DNA of 64,000 bases, taken from Octopus vulgaris. Its lineage: Eukaryota. The number at the start of each line of letters is the position of its first letter. The first letter of the stretch is position 1. This document shows, in pieces, positions 27,587-40,871 of this stretch. The translations under genes were made by a program, and so were the position numbers. The stretch spans positions 51,584,001 to 51,648,000 of the forward strand of contig OX597815.1 in assembly GCA_951406725.2 (NCBI GenBank). The letters are read 5' to 3'. The notes beneath the pieces are model-generated. The model had not been told where the DNA came from and did no database searches. It was given only the letters and a program-made list of their open reading frames with translations.

Positions 27587-28119
27587 CAACAAACAGATAG
27601 ATACGGATATATGAGTGAGTTTGTCTCTGTACATACTTATATATGTGGGCATGTGTTTGCATGTACGCACACACTCACACACACACACACACATATACAT
27701 ATAGAGAGAGAAAGAGACAGACAGATATAGATGTCAATATACATTCTTTTATTCTTTTACTGGTCACTGGAATGCTGCCATGCTGGGGTACTGCTTTCAA
27801 TGGTTTTAGTTGGTCATATCGACTTCAGTGCTTACTTCAATCTGATACTTGTTTTCTCCATCTAAATTTTATTGAATTACAAAGTTACACTTTTGGGGGT
27901 TTTTTTACACTAATAAACACTAACTCAGACATTCATATATATATTCCACCACATAGGAGGGCAGTAACAATGAACAAGAAATGACTCGGACTGCAGTGAC
28001 TTATCCAACCCATAAAAGCATGGTTATTTTATGAAAAACAGGCATAAGGACAATGATGAATATGGTGATGATGATCATCATGATCATGGTGGTGGTGATG
28101 GTGATAATGATGGGCCTCA

Positions 28120-28570
28120 ATACAGTTTCCAGCTATCAAAATCTACTTACAGAGTACTAGTGAAGCCAAAGATAACATAGAAGACACATGCCCAAGGTGT
28201 AGGCATGGCTGTCTGGCAAGAAGTTTCTTTCTCAACCACAGTTCCATGTTCAGTCCCCCTGTATGGTACCCTGGGCAAGTGTCTGTTGCAATAGCCTCAG
28301 CCCAGAAACTAAAGCAATTTGTTGTACATGTACATATATGTGTGTGTCTTTGTGCTAGTGTTTGTCCCCCACCACTGCTTGACAACCGGTGTTGATGTGT
28401 TTACATCCCCATGACTTCGCAGTTCAGCAAAAGCCACCACTAGAATAAGTATCAGGCTTAAAAATAAAAGAATAAGGACAGGAGTCAATTCACACAACTA
28501 AAATTTCTTCAAGAACATGCTCCAGTATGGCTGCAGTCTAATTGACTGAAACAATTAAAAGATAAAAGAG
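28120..28570 (+). mobile_element. SINE family A (+, 28200-28570) abutting an inverted SINE A fragment (28120-28200)
   Basis: ggcatggctgtc head and ttgacaaccggtgttg..ttcagcaaaag..gaaacaattaaaagataaaagag tail; the upstream agaagacacatgcccaagg is in reverse orientation. Confidence 0.8.
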
Positions 28571-30013
28571 GTGTCACACAATTACTAAGTGAATTTCTTA
28601 ACCACATCATTGTGTGTGTATGTATGTGTGTTCATGCACATGCCTATTCTTTTACTCTACTGGCTCAATGCCATCTTCAAGGGTTTTAGTCAATTATTTT
28701 GGTCACAGAACTTAGTCATGTACTCATTTTATTAAATCTCTAATCTTCAAATAAGTAAGTTTATCAGTGAGAGTCACCCAAAGCATTATACAACGCCAGT
28801 CATTTTAATACCAAACCACCTACACTCAAATGTTCGTGTCAAAATTAAATACTCAATCAAAAATCTTAATAGAACATGAAGGATATCATGATATTCTAGA
28901 TGGTCAACTCCAGTATAATATACTAACATATAAAGATACACATACTTTTACTAAACTACCAGACAGTCTTCATTATATTGAAAATTAATTGAAACACTTA
29001 GGTAGTCTACTTGTTAGAAATGTAGTCACGGAAGGGTTAAAAGAGAAGCTGTTGATAATTTCAATAAACAGCCTATAATGGTATTTCAAATGAAAATGAT
29101 GTTCTGTATTTTTTCTTTGTTGTGTTTTTTTTTTTTTTTTCATGAAAGAGAATGCAGCATATATATCTGTGCTTGCGTGAGTGTGTACATATAAACAAGC
29201 AGCAACATTTATTATCTACAAGCTGTGCCACAATATGACAAAGAGACAGACTGACAAACAGCTGAACAGCCGGTTAGAAAATATAAATGGCTCACAATAT
29301 AATACAGAATAATTGTCACTGGAGAGAGGTTCCTGTATAGATCAGAGTGTTGTTGACATACATTCTTCATTTTAGTATTTTCTCTCTTTCTTTCTTTCTT
29401 TCTTTCTTTCTTGCATGAATTTAAAGACAGAATAAATCTATAAATCTCTCACATAAGTCACATGATGATAGCTGGTATCAGTATGAAGTAAAGCAGCCCA
29501 AGGCTTGAATCGCTGAGATGTTTTAAGAACATTTCAGATAAATCACACCAACAGACATGACTTTCAGTTAGCAATTGAATTAGCTGCATTCTACTTTAAT
29601 GTCTGACATAGCCATGCTGAGATCCCAAATATGCTCAGATAAAAATATTTTAAAGTAGACAATGCATTAAAAAGTTTGCCAGTGTTGAGCGTATGTTAAG
29701 AAGATCAGCAAATAAATGCATTAGAACAGCTAACTAGAAAGGGCAGCTTCATACACAGAAAAGGGAAAATGCAAAAAAAACACATAAATATTTTTTAAAC
29801 CAATATTATGGAGTACAAAGATTTAAAGATCAGAGGTTAAGGAGGTAGAATGCTGACCAGGTAATCATAAGTTCAAACCTAACAGCTTACAACCACTGTG
29901 TTGAGCCTTTGAATAATGCATATAACTCAGCTTGTAAAGTACAAAAAAAATGAATGCAAAACCGTAATACATGTGTATATGTGTGTATCACTACCACTAT
30001 CATCATCATCACC

Positions 30014-30079
<66 letters not shown>

Positions 30080-30082
<3 letters not shown>

Positions 30083-30612
30083 GCCCTGATGCAGTACCAT
30101 GAAGTGGCTCTCATGGCTTCTGATCTTAACTGATTGGAAGTGTTATCATGTACATTGTCTTGTCTTGGTATAAAAGGCTACAGCAAATATTCTGCTCAGT
30201 ACCACAGATTTGCTTGTCAATTGCTTGACCAATTGAGCATGTTCTTTAGTGGTTGACGATATGTGCATCTCTGATCACAAGCAGAAGTAGTGGGGGAGCA
30301 TCACAGCCATGTGTTGAGAGGAATTCCTTGGGGTTTGGAAAATTCACCTTTGGAAACACAGGTGTTTTGTTCATCATCCAGAAACAACCCTTATTCAGGA
30401 ACCTTTTGAGTGAAATGGGCTACTCAACCTGAAGAAAATTCTAACTGGGCCCCATCTGCAAGGTCATGCATTGTTTATCTTGATATGAGATCATTATGTC
30501 GTGCACATATGGTTGTGATGCATATGCCTGGTGTACCCATATCAGACGGGTATACTGGATTTCATATATTTTACCCCAGTGTCACTTTGATGACATGCAC
30601 TGCTCTATCACT
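30080..30612. mobile_element. Unclassified ~530-bp interspersed element embedded in (TAA)n
   Basis: Long (TAA)n on both sides (30015-30080 and 30613-30688). Partial copies at 34115-34285 (+) and 31370-31500 (-). Confidence 0.7.
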
Positions 30613-30613
30613 A

Positions 30614-30689
<76 letters not shown>

Positions 30690-30696
30690 GAATAAT

Positions 30697-31010
30697 GGTT
30701 TCAAAATTTTGGCGCAAGGCCAGCAAGTTTGGGGTTGAGGTAAACTGATTACATCAACCCCAGTACTTAACTGTTATTTATTTTATCTACTCTGAAAGGA
30801 TGAAAGGCAAAGTCAATCTTGGCAGAATTTAAACAGAGAATGTAAAGACAGACAAAATGGCACTAAGCGTTTTGCTCAGCATGATAATAATTCTGTTTGA
30901 CGGCATTTCATCCATCTTTACATTTGAATTCAAATTCTGCCAAAGATAACTTTGCCTTTCATATTTTCAGGATCAATAAAATAAGTACCAGGCTAGTGCT
31001 GGGGTATATG
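30697..31010. mobile_element. Inverted pair of SINE B copies
   Basis: Minus copy 30697-30893 followed by plus copy 30900-31010. Confidence 0.75.
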
Positions 31011-31014
31011 TGAC

Positions 31015-31108
31015 ATCATCATCATCATCATCATCATCGTTTAACGTCCATTTTCTATGCTAGCATGGGTTAGATGGTTCAACCGCAGTCTGGGAAGCCA
31101 GGAGCATG
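31015..31108 (-). mobile_element. Solo RTE 3' terminus with (CAT)n
   Basis: (CAT)n-cgtttaacgtcc..atgctagcatgggtt, as at 43261 onward. Confidence 0.8.
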
Positions 31109-31109
31109 C

Positions 31110-31372
31110 TTCAACAAGCTTACAGTATCAAGGCAATGGGTTATATGTAATGTTTCAAGTGGCACAGTGCTTCAAAAGTGGAAGAACGTCCCTGGAAGAT
31201 GAGCAATATGGAAAACCTGCCGCCAGTGTCACTCTTGGAAATGTGGTATTGTGCATCAAGAATTATTCCCCCAGGGCCAGACCATCAATCAACAATTCTA
31301 CTGCAATGTTTAGGAGCATTTGAAGAAAGACATTCAGCAAAATTGACTAAATCTGTGGAGCGTGAATAATCT
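31110..31372 (+). mobile_element. Internally deleted mariner transposase fragment
   Basis: CFKWH..FKSGRTSLEDE followed by GIVHQELFPQGQTINQQFYC..LW (mariner motifs). Confidence 0.75.
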
Positions 31373-31734
31373 CTTTCAACACATGACTATGATGCACTCC
31401 TGCAACTCTTGCTCATGATCAGCGATGCACATCTTGTCAACTACTAAGGGACATGCTCAAGTGCTTAAGGTCAAGCAAGTAACAAACAAATCTGTGGTAT
31501 TATACACACACACACACACATAGACATGTATATATACACACTCATCATCATTTTATGTCTGTTTTTCATTAAAATAAAATGCAAAAGTTTAGACACAGAT
31601 CTTGACAAAACTTGAACAAGAAATTGTTCAAGGAAAGCTATTTTAGATCCACTGCCATGGGTAAATGAGAGAGAGAGAGAGAAGAGAAAGAACAAGACAA
31701 AAATATAAGGAGAAAATCATTGCTTTTTTATACC

Positions 31735-32290
31735 AGTCTTTGGACTGCAGCCATGCTGGATTACCACCTTGAAGTACTTAGTCAAGCAAATTGACTCCAG
31801 CTTGTTATTTATTCTATCAGGCTCTTTTTGCCAAATAGCTAGGTTACAAGGCTACACACAAACCAACACTAGTTGTCAAGTGGTGATGAGGGACAAACAC
31901 AAAACAGAAAGACACCAACATAAAGACACACACACATGCAAACACATAAACACACATGCACATGGTTGACATCATAAGAATTCATAAACTTCAAGTAGAA
32001 ATAGCACGTCCTTGGCACAGTATTATATATTTGAAAAAATTAATAGAAACGGTTTTTCTGATAATTTTACCACTTTAATAATTAAAATAAACATCTAATT
32101 ATTAAAGTGGAAAAATTACAAAATATATACAACAGGCTTCTTTCAGTTTCTCTCTACCAAATCCACTCTCAAGGATTTGATCAGGTCAGGGTTATATAGG
32201 AAAAGACACTTGCCCAAGGTGTTGTGCTGTGGGACTGAACCCAAGACCGTATGGTTGGGTAGTAAGATTCTTATCGGACAGCTATGCCTG
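31735..32290 (-). mobile_element. SINE family A interrupted by a ~165-bp insert (31965-32128)
   Basis: 3' half at 31735-31960 and 5' half at 32130-32290. Confidence 0.75.
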
Positions 32291-34641
32291 TTTAATAAAT
32301 TTTTGAAACTAAAGAGAAAATAAATTAATCTCTCTGCAGCCTTTTAAAGTGTTTGCTTTAAAACTAAAAACAAAGGTTTGAACTATTGATTCCAAAATAT
32401 GTTATCAGATCTCATCAAAAGACACTGGAATGTGGATTTATCAACTGGAACTGAATTGGTTTTATCAACTCTAGAATTCAATGCTTTATTAAGTAAACCA
32501 AACAATGTCTATATTCTACAGAGAGAACTAATACCATCAACACATTTCACACAAGAAGAAAGAAAATAACATGTATCTCATATTTCAAATTATTTGCAAA
32601 AGATAAAAAAATAGTTGGTGGGTATCACATAAAATGCTTTAAGTATGATAGCAAGAACAATTACTTCAAATAATATGGCTGCAGTATCAAATAGAAAAGT
32701 TGGTGATACTGTGATCTTTGAGAAGAAAAAAATAATCAAAATAAAATATATAGGTAGGGTTAATCATTACATCCTTTTCATATTCATAAACAATATTTCT
32801 GCGTGTTTTTTCTTTCATTTTTTTTTTTTTTTTTAGCTAGCAGACATCAAAAGTGTTAGGCAACATTTTAGCTTTGTTCAATGAACTGTTTAAGCATCAC
32901 ATCTTTAGTTTATAGGAAAGCAAGACCAGGAAAAGCTCCAGTTATTCAATTCTACAACAAAATGTTGTAGAAATGTAATCCTGTAAATCTATTATAAACT
33001 TTGATTCTGGTTTATATCAAAGTGCAAGGCTCCTCCTCATCTTGTTAACTCAAGATTGAGTTTCTAGTAGAAATGGAGCAAAGCTTTTAATGTCTTTAAA
33101 TGCATTATAAGAATGAATTTTTCCCTAATAATTTCAAGAGTTTTTGTTTTTTTTTGTTCATTTGTTTGTTTGTGTTGGTTTTTTTTGGAGGGGGTGTTTT
33201 TGCTTTGTTTTGTTTTGTTTTTAAAGAATTATTCAGTTCCTCTTCATTGCATCTTCTATAATATTATCATTTTTTATGGAGATCTCTTGCAGAAAGAATC
33301 TGATTTTTATCAATTGCAAATTAATTAAATGAACAACTTGGAAATGAAGTAGTGAACTACAAATATTATAAAAATAGATGCAAATGATCTGTTTCCATTG
33401 ACAACAAGAAGGTGGAAGGATAATTACTGCATGCTACTTCTAACAATCTGCATTATATGATGGTTACCTACAGTGTCAACAAACATATATCTTGAAGAGC
33501 TAAAGTTTTTAAAATAATTCCTTTGATTAAATGCTAAATGACCAAATGTAGATCACTAGATCAAGCATAAATCAAGTTCAACAAGTGACAGCTGTCACTG
33601 CTGTTTTCTTCAATCTTTGGATAAAAGCAAAGTTATAAACTTAAGAAAGACAGATGAAGGTAGAAAACTCAAAAAACTAACAATACGCCATGAACCATAA
33701 GCCAGTTATGTATTGTTGGACTGAAGGTTCAAACTATGCAGCAATGAATCATAAGGCAACTTTAAAAAATTAACTTTTAAAAAATCACATATTTACATCA
33801 TGATTTTAGGGATTTTTATGGATACTTGTGAATTAGAGTTGCTTTGTGATTAATAGCATTACTGTGGTGAATTCTAAGTCATAAAATCCAATGTATTAAT
33901 ATTGAGTAACAAAATTTTATTTTACTTATTTGGTGTGTGTGTCTTTGGTCAATAAGCATCATTTCCTATTTGTTTCTATCTAGGAATCAAAGGACATGAC
34001 TATTATTCCTTTCTAATTTTGCTTCTGACCTGGACAATCAACATTTTGAAACTGACCTATTTTCCATTACATTTCAGACAGATTCAGTACTGAGTTGCTC
34101 ATACAGAAATATCATTATAGCAAAAATTCTGCTCAACACCAAAATTTGCTTGTTAGTTGTTTGACCATAACCAGTTGGACATGTCCCTTAAGGCTGACAA
34201 TATGTGCATCTCTGATCATGAGCAAGAGTTACAGGAGTGCATCATAGCCATGTGTTGTAAGAGATTCTATGGGTTTGAATAAAGTAACAAAAGCAAAGTT
34301 TGAAGGAAATATTAGCTATTTTTCATACTTTCTAGGGGTAAGCAAATAGGAAATAACAGCTGCTACCCAAAGACAAAAGCAGGGGTTCTATAAAGATTCA
34401 TCTGCCTAACAGAAAAACATAATGAAAAATGTGAAGAGAAAAAGATTAGTTCAATAGTAAGATAACGGGAGAAAAGATAGAGATGGAGCTTTAATTCTAA
34501 GTGGATATTAACTCTGAGTATGCTTTAGAGAGCATGATTTCATTTGACTACATTACTAGAAGATGCAAAAATAGGCAGTCACATGGTTTTGGCTTTACAG
34601 CTGAAAATAACAATGTTTCTGTCAATTGACATGCTCTAACC

Positions 34642-34971
34642 TAGTGGTTCTCAATTTGGGTCCATATAAGAATTTTGGGGGTCCGCACAACAAAATAGTA
34701 AATTGGGGATCCACAATAGTATTTTAAGGGATCCTGAAAACCTTTTGCTTTAGATGACTGTATTGGTATGTATTACAAGAAACAGCTAGGTTTCTTTCTC
34801 TCATGTTTTACATAAGTTCAACCTACACAAGTGAATGCCTGAAAAACAAAATAGTAATTTTGAAAGAAATTGCTATAAAACTAGTTTTAAACATCAAATA
34901 GATATGGGGGTCACCCAGAATAAAATGGTAATCAAAGAGGTCCATAGATAAAAACCGGTTGAGAACTCCTG
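34642..34971. mobile_element. hAT (Charlie-type) MITE
   Basis: Ends TAGTGGTTCTCAA / TTGAGAACTCCTG. The 8-bp flanks ctctaacc / ctttaaac resemble a TSD. Confidence 0.75.
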
Positions 34972-34973
34972 CT

Positions 34974-35196
34974 TTAAACCTTTAACATTCAGATTACTCT
35001 GTGAAATGTAGTGTTTATTTATTCACATTGTTTTGAATTAATCATGCATTACCTTGTAGCTTTCAAATTTCAGTGATTGTTTATTTTTAGGATGACATTG
35101 TAGGATAGGTGTGAGAAGTCAGATCTGGTCAGTGTGAACATAAAGTGGAGAGAATATTTGGGCCTGATATGAATGGCTTAAATAGTAAATGGTTAA
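34974..35196 (+). mobile_element. piggyBac-like MITE
   Basis: TTAA flanks and the same body as 4912-5130. Confidence 0.75.
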
Positions 35197-35489
35197 ACAC
35201 AAACCCATGTAGCCATCTGCTTGTGTATAAGTATATAGTCAAATGAAATCACACCTGCTAAAGCATACTCAAGGGTCCAAAGGGTTAAAAAGAGAGAAAA
35301 CTGTGAGTAGTGGTGATGGCAGTGATGATGATTGTTGTGGCAGCAGCAGCAATAGTTGTAGAACTTCAGAACACAAACAAAAGATAACACTGAAATATGA
35401 ACAATAATGATGGTCTCTACCATTGAAGATGACATACAAGCATTCACACAAATGATTTGTTTATAGTGATCAAATGTATGTGCCATATA

Positions 35490-35687
35490 TTAACTCACTC
35501 GCTCCATCAAATCAACATTGCCTGAACAGATGCACAGTGTACCACAGGTCATGAGTTGAAGTGATCACAGAGTAACATGAGATGAAGTGTTTTGCACCAG
35601 AACATAATGAATCACCCAGTCTAGGAATTGAAACCATGATCTCACAATCATGAATGCAATACCCTAAACACTAGGCCTTATATCCTC

Positions 35688-35688
<1 letters not shown>
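35490..35688 (-). mobile_element. SINE family C variant
   Basis: Matches 14810-15000. Confidence 0.65.
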
Positions 35689-35739
<51 letters not shown>

Positions 35740-35741
<2 letters not shown>

Positions 35742-35955
35742 CCTTTCTACTAAAGGCACAAGGCCTGAAATTTTGGGGGAGGGGATTAGTCAGTTACACT
35801 GACCCCAGTATTTCACTGGTACTTAATTTATTGACCCAAAAGGATGAAAGGCCAAATCAACCACAGCAAAATTTGAACTCAGAATGTAGGGACAGGCGAA
35901 ATACTGTTAAACATTTTGTCCAGTGCACTAACAATTCTGCCAGCTCACCACCTTA
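35740..35955 (-). mobile_element. SINE family B
   Basis: Same motifs as the 22-23 kb cluster, with (TAA)n flanks. Confidence 0.85.
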
Positions 35956-36086
35956 ATAATAATAATAATAATAATCCTTTCTACTACAGAGACAAATACA
36001 GTTCTATATTTAAGAGATGAAGAATTATATATATTATTTACATTATTTACATTTGATGGATATTTGTCCTCATCTTGTTTGTTGTT

Positions 36087-36126
36087 AACACAACATTTTA
36101 GCTGATATACCTTTTCATCAGGTGTC
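36087..36126 (-). ncRNA. Degenerate minimal type I hammerhead (left arm)
   Basis: GACAC-CTGATGA-aaaggtatatcagct-AAAAT-GTT/GTGTT. The stem II 5' arm is deleted and GAAAC has decayed. Confidence 0.55.
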
Positions 36127-36178
36127 TTGGGGAAATTTCAAACCTGAGTTCTCATTCCTAAAGTATTTTTCAATATTA

Positions 36179-36213
<35 letters not shown>

Positions 36214-36397
36214 ATTACTGCCTGGAATCGAACTCGCAATCTTGGGGTTAGTAGCCTGTGCTTTTACCACTATGCCATATGCCCACAGCATATGGCATAG
36301 TGCCCATGGGCACATGGCGTAGTGGTTAAGGGTGCGGGGTTACTAACCTCAAGATTCCGAGTTCGATTCCAGGCAGTAACCTGAATAATACTAATAC

Positions 36398-36437
<40 letters not shown>

Positions 36438-36482
36438 GAAAAATACCTTAGGAATGAGAACCCAGGTTTGAAATTTCCCCAA

Positions 36483-36525
36483 GACACCTGATGAAGGCTG
36501 GAGGGTATATCAGCTGAAACGTGTT
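36483..36525 (+). ncRNA. Minimal type I hammerhead motif (right arm, cleavage triplet deleted)
   Basis: GACAC-CTGATGA-A-GGCTG(gagggtatat)CAGCT-GAAAC-[GTT missing]-GTGTT; stem I is GACAC/GTGTT. Confidence 0.75.
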
Positions 36526-36577
36526 AACAACAAACAAAATGAGGACAAATATCCGTCAAATGTAAATAATGTATAGA

Positions 36578-36780
36578 GACAAGGCCTGGAATTTTGTGAG
36601 GAAGGAAACAGTTGATTATATCAATCCCAGTGTTTAACTGGTACTTATTTCATCAACCCTAAAAGGACAAAAAGCAAAGTCAACTTCAGCAGAATTTGAA
36701 CTCAGAATGTAAAGAGCCAGAAGAAATGCTGTGAAGCATTTTGTCCGACACTCTAATAATTTTGCCAGCTCACCACCTTA
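36578..36780 (-). mobile_element. SINE family B (host of the inverted insertion)
   Basis: Continues the tail tcctttctacta.. that begins at 35975. Confidence 0.8.
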
Positions 36781-37127
36781 TGAGTCAATTACTTAGCCTC
36801 CTGTAATCAGAGTTTACAATGAATAGATGATCAGCTTAACTAACCTCTACTAGGAGGAGTTGAATGCAGCAGTGCAAACTAACAAACCACTTATGAAATT
36901 TGCAGTGCTGCTCCTGCATACAGCAGTAAACATTTCATACTTCGTAGTACCTATTTACAGCTCAGTAGACTGAACCGTTTGAGAGCTGTGTTATGGGTGG
37001 ACACAGTGTAATACTAATGACAGGATATGAACAGACAAATTCTCTACTGGTTGTCTCCAACACTATACTATCCTGGTTAACTTTGCCTGAGTCAATTTAG
37101 CATACGCAAATTAAGAACTAATTTAAC

Positions 37128-37348
37128 ACTTAAGCCTTTAAACTGGCCATATCCAGCCCAAAGATTCTATTTGTTTTATGTTCAAACTGGCCAGTCCTGG
37201 CCTCTCACATCTAATCTACAATGTCGTTCTAAAAATATACAATCACATCACTGAAATTTCAAAGCTACAAGATAATAGAGAATTAATTGAAAACAGTGTG
37301 AATAAATAAGTTACATTTAACATAGTAATCTGAATGCTGAAGGGTTAA
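37128..37348 (-). mobile_element. piggyBac-like MITE
   Basis: Ends AATGCTGAAGGGTTAA; reverse complement of the 4912 copy. Confidence 0.75.
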
Positions 37349-37494
37349 ATTAACAACTAATCAATCTTGACTGGCAACAAATATAGATTTAGAGAGTTTG
37401 AAGCTTAGCTGGTCCTGTCTGAGATTAGGAGTGGAGATAAATATCTTCAGCCATCATTACTAGTCATCAAGTTTCATAACAAAAAAATTACAAT

Positions 37495-37896
37495 TCTTTT
37501 ACTTGTTTCAGTCATTTGACTGTGGCCATGATGGAGCACTGCCTTTAGTTGAGTAAATCAAGCCCAGGACTTATTCTTTGTAAGCCTAGTACTTATTCAA
37601 TCGGTCTCTTTTGCTGAACCGCCAAGTTGCGGGGATATAAATACACCAGCATCAGTTGTCAAGCGATGTTGGGGGGGCAGGGGACAAACACAGACACACA
37701 AACATACACACAACACATATGTATACATATATACGACAGGCTTCTTTCAGTTTCCATCTACCAAATCCACTCACAAGGCTTTGGTCAGCCCAAGGCTATA
37801 GTAGAAGACACTTGCCCAATGTGCCATGCAGTGGGACTGAACCCGGAACCATATGGCTGGTAAGCAAGCTACTTACCACACAGCCACTCCTATGCC
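37495..37896 (-). mobile_element. Full-length SINE family A
   Basis: End-to-end match to the reverse complement of 55779-56185. Confidence 0.92.
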
Positions 37897-39779
37897 AATT
37901 ATATACATTTTGATTAAGACATCTTTTAATCCTTAACAGCAAAGTTATTGTCACAAATATTGATATTATCATTCTGTTTAATCTGTAAGTAGATGCACAC
38001 ACACATACAAGAAAGTAAGATACTCCTCAAAAAAGACGAGATGGTCACAATTGGAATGCTTTTGATCAAAGATAGACCAGGGGCTAAACAACACTAAGAC
38101 AGACAGAATGAGGGAGTAAGCAATACATACAAGATGTTTCATTCAAGCTAAAAAGTGAATACCAGCCTACTTAACTCAATATCATAATGATTCTGAGTCA
38201 AATAAAGTATTAATAACAAACTAAACAGAACTTAACGGTTTTGTGAGTATATTTCAAATAAAATACACTGCCTCTGTGTTTCAATTAATTTTAAAACAAT
38301 CAAGTATTTTGAGGGATTTAGTAAAATAAGTAACTTGTTTAACACTATGTTGGTGAAGAACATAAAACATTATTAGATAAAATTATGATGTATGATTTTA
38401 ACCTGCATGTAAACATTTAAACTGGAGGTGTTATATAATGGAATCGGAACAGTTTCAGATGTGTTGGTAACAGATTTATAAAAGATCATCCAACCAAGAG
38501 ATCCAATCATTCTGATAGCCTGACCACACACACACACATGCACGCATCTTTTCTCAATAATAGCAAGGAAGATTTAAAAGTATGTTGATTTTGTTGGTAT
38601 TACATTCTCACACAAACTTCTCAAGAATACAACAGCTTAGATTTTTAGTATTTCAGTGGCCCACCATTCTACTAACTAATCAATAACAAAGAAAATATGG
38701 ATCTTTATACTTTTTATCTTCTTTCAATCAGAATCCTTTCAATAATAGTACAGCAATCTTTCTCTCCAAATATACATACATATATTTTTTCAAGTAACAA
38801 TAAACTATAACTGAACAAGGAACAATGTCTAGTTAGTGTTCATTCTTTATAAAAATACTTTTTTTATTTTTTTGGTTTTGCTTTTTTTTTTTGTTGCCTC
38901 TAGATTACTAAATACAACTGAATAAAAATTTGGCTATAGTAATTTTTAAAGAATCCCAGCATTCGTAAGCCCTTGACACCCCAAAAATGCTAAGCTGGTA
39001 ATTGGAAGTATTCACTTTCTTATAGAATTTCTTTATTTAGCAATTTCTATGAATGGTTAACATTTGCATGGCCTCCAATTTTAGAGAATGGCATGTTGAA
39101 AAATAAGTTTCAGATATTTTGCTGATAAAGGCCTAAGTATTTAGCCCTTAGTCATATCTGTCGCAATGTGGCTAAAGTTATTATGAATTCCATGCAAAAT
39201 GATTCAAATAGTGCCAAGTGACTTGGCATTGGTTTTGATCATTTTGAATTCACGGAGCAGACACTACTATGAAAGCACCAACTTAAGTCAAATCTAAGAA
39301 GCTAAGAATTAGTTGATATAGAAAATTACAAATTACAGTCACGTTAATCTTTCTTTCTAGCTTTATTCTATTTTATTTTTCAGTTGGACTACTGAGTTAA
39401 AACTCCCAACTGTTATTCATCAACAAATTAAATTCTCAATGTTGCCAAATTTCTTTCTGAGATGCTTCCAAGTCTTTCACCCATCACTGATGTTTCATGA
39501 AACAAAAGAATTGTCCTTTCCACAAAAGTTACAACAAAAAAAAATTAATATTTTCTTATTCATAAGGTTTAAAAGACAAAAGTGATGTAAATGTGACTTC
39601 AGTTTCACTAGAAGAATAGAATTAGAAGATACAGATATTAAGATGCAGGTTCAAATTTTTAAAAATTATAGGAGATGACTCCTAACAAGGTAACCAGCAA
39701 TAAAACTGGCCTCATGTGACCATTTAACTTGATTGGAATTACAAACAATAAAATAAAGATAAAGGGAAAAAATCTCATG

Positions 39780-40680
39780 AAAGGCTGCTCTAAAAACCAT
39801 AAAACAACCAACTCACGATTTAAAAGAATTAAGATTATATTTATCAGGGAAACACAAAGGAAGAGAATTCCACAAGACAGACATTAAAGAAATTTTTTAA
39901 AAATCTATTAGAATAGAATCACTTTGTACAGAGGGGACAACAACAATGTAACAAGGAAAATTAGTAGAAAAACAAGTCATTTCATTAATAACATTAAGAA
40001 TAAGAACAGGGGAAGAAAATTTAGTAGGACAATAATCTTGGAAATATATTTTTAGAAGAGAGATAAAACAAAAACAATGTTCCAACAGTAAGAGAGGAGT
40101 TAAAACTTAGCTGCCAAAACAGAACTAACACTGTAAGAAACTTAATTCTGAACTTAATCAAGAGATAGAACATCAGGTATCAGTTCAGATGTGGCAACAG
40201 TATTCCCTACAAGGGTGAATAAGAGACTTATAAAGTTGTAGAATACATTTTAGAGGAATGAGCTTGATAGAGAGAACCAACCTTCATAGTGGATAATTTA
40301 GCAATACATCTAATATAATCCTTCCAAGTATGAATTTTAGAACAAGTTAAATAGATTAGAAGACAGTATTTGATGTAGAAATAAAAATATGATCAGAGTT
40401 TTTGTATTGATTACTGGAAAGAAATTTAGTTTTTGCAGAGAAGAAAGAAACCAACCACTGAGGACTGCAATCAATCACCAAACGCAAATCAAGCTCAATT
40501 CAACCCAATCAAACAAATTAGTCTCCTGATTCAAACAAAAATACAATGAAGAGTCACCAGCAGAGATAGCAGAGTTAGACATGATATCATCTGAAAGATC
40601 ATTGATAAAAAAATCAGAACAAGATCAGGGCAAGAAAAGAATCTTAACAAATGTCAAATAAAATAGAGTAAGTCAAAGAA
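39780..40680 (-). mobile_element. Decayed CR1/Jockey-group LINE RT remnant
   Basis: Minus strand reads *DSFLALILF/FINDLSDDIMSNSAISAGDS (cf. QGSxLGPxLF..INDL..ADD) and QWLVSFFSAKTKF. Confidence 0.65.
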
Positions 40681-40828
40681 TGTTGGATATTTAATCCATC
40701 AGTATTTGGATGACTCTTTCAAATGTAATGCTTATTTATTAACATTGCTTTGCATTAATCATGCTTTATCTTTTCATATATATAATACTAGCACTATGAC
40801 CCAGTGTTGTCAGGACATAGTGCTAGTA

Positions 40829-40871
<43 letters not shown>

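Larger units (their letters stand above)
35996..36571. mobile_element. Head-to-head inverted pair of a tRNA-headed SINE with (TAA)n spacer and hammerhead-bearing tail
   Basis: The arms ~36040-36290(-) and 36308-36571(+) are reverse complements. A box TGGCGTAGTGG (36315-25), B box GAGTTCGATTCC (36359-70). TSD-like TACAGAGACAA (35985-95) / TATAGAGACAA (36572-82), inside a SINE B tail. Confidence 0.85.

Noticed and set aside
36308-36382. Functional tRNA gene
   Set aside because: It has A and B boxes, but the acceptor and T stems are poor and it is fused to a repeat body, so it is a SINE head. The same applies at 11310, 41585 and 55779.
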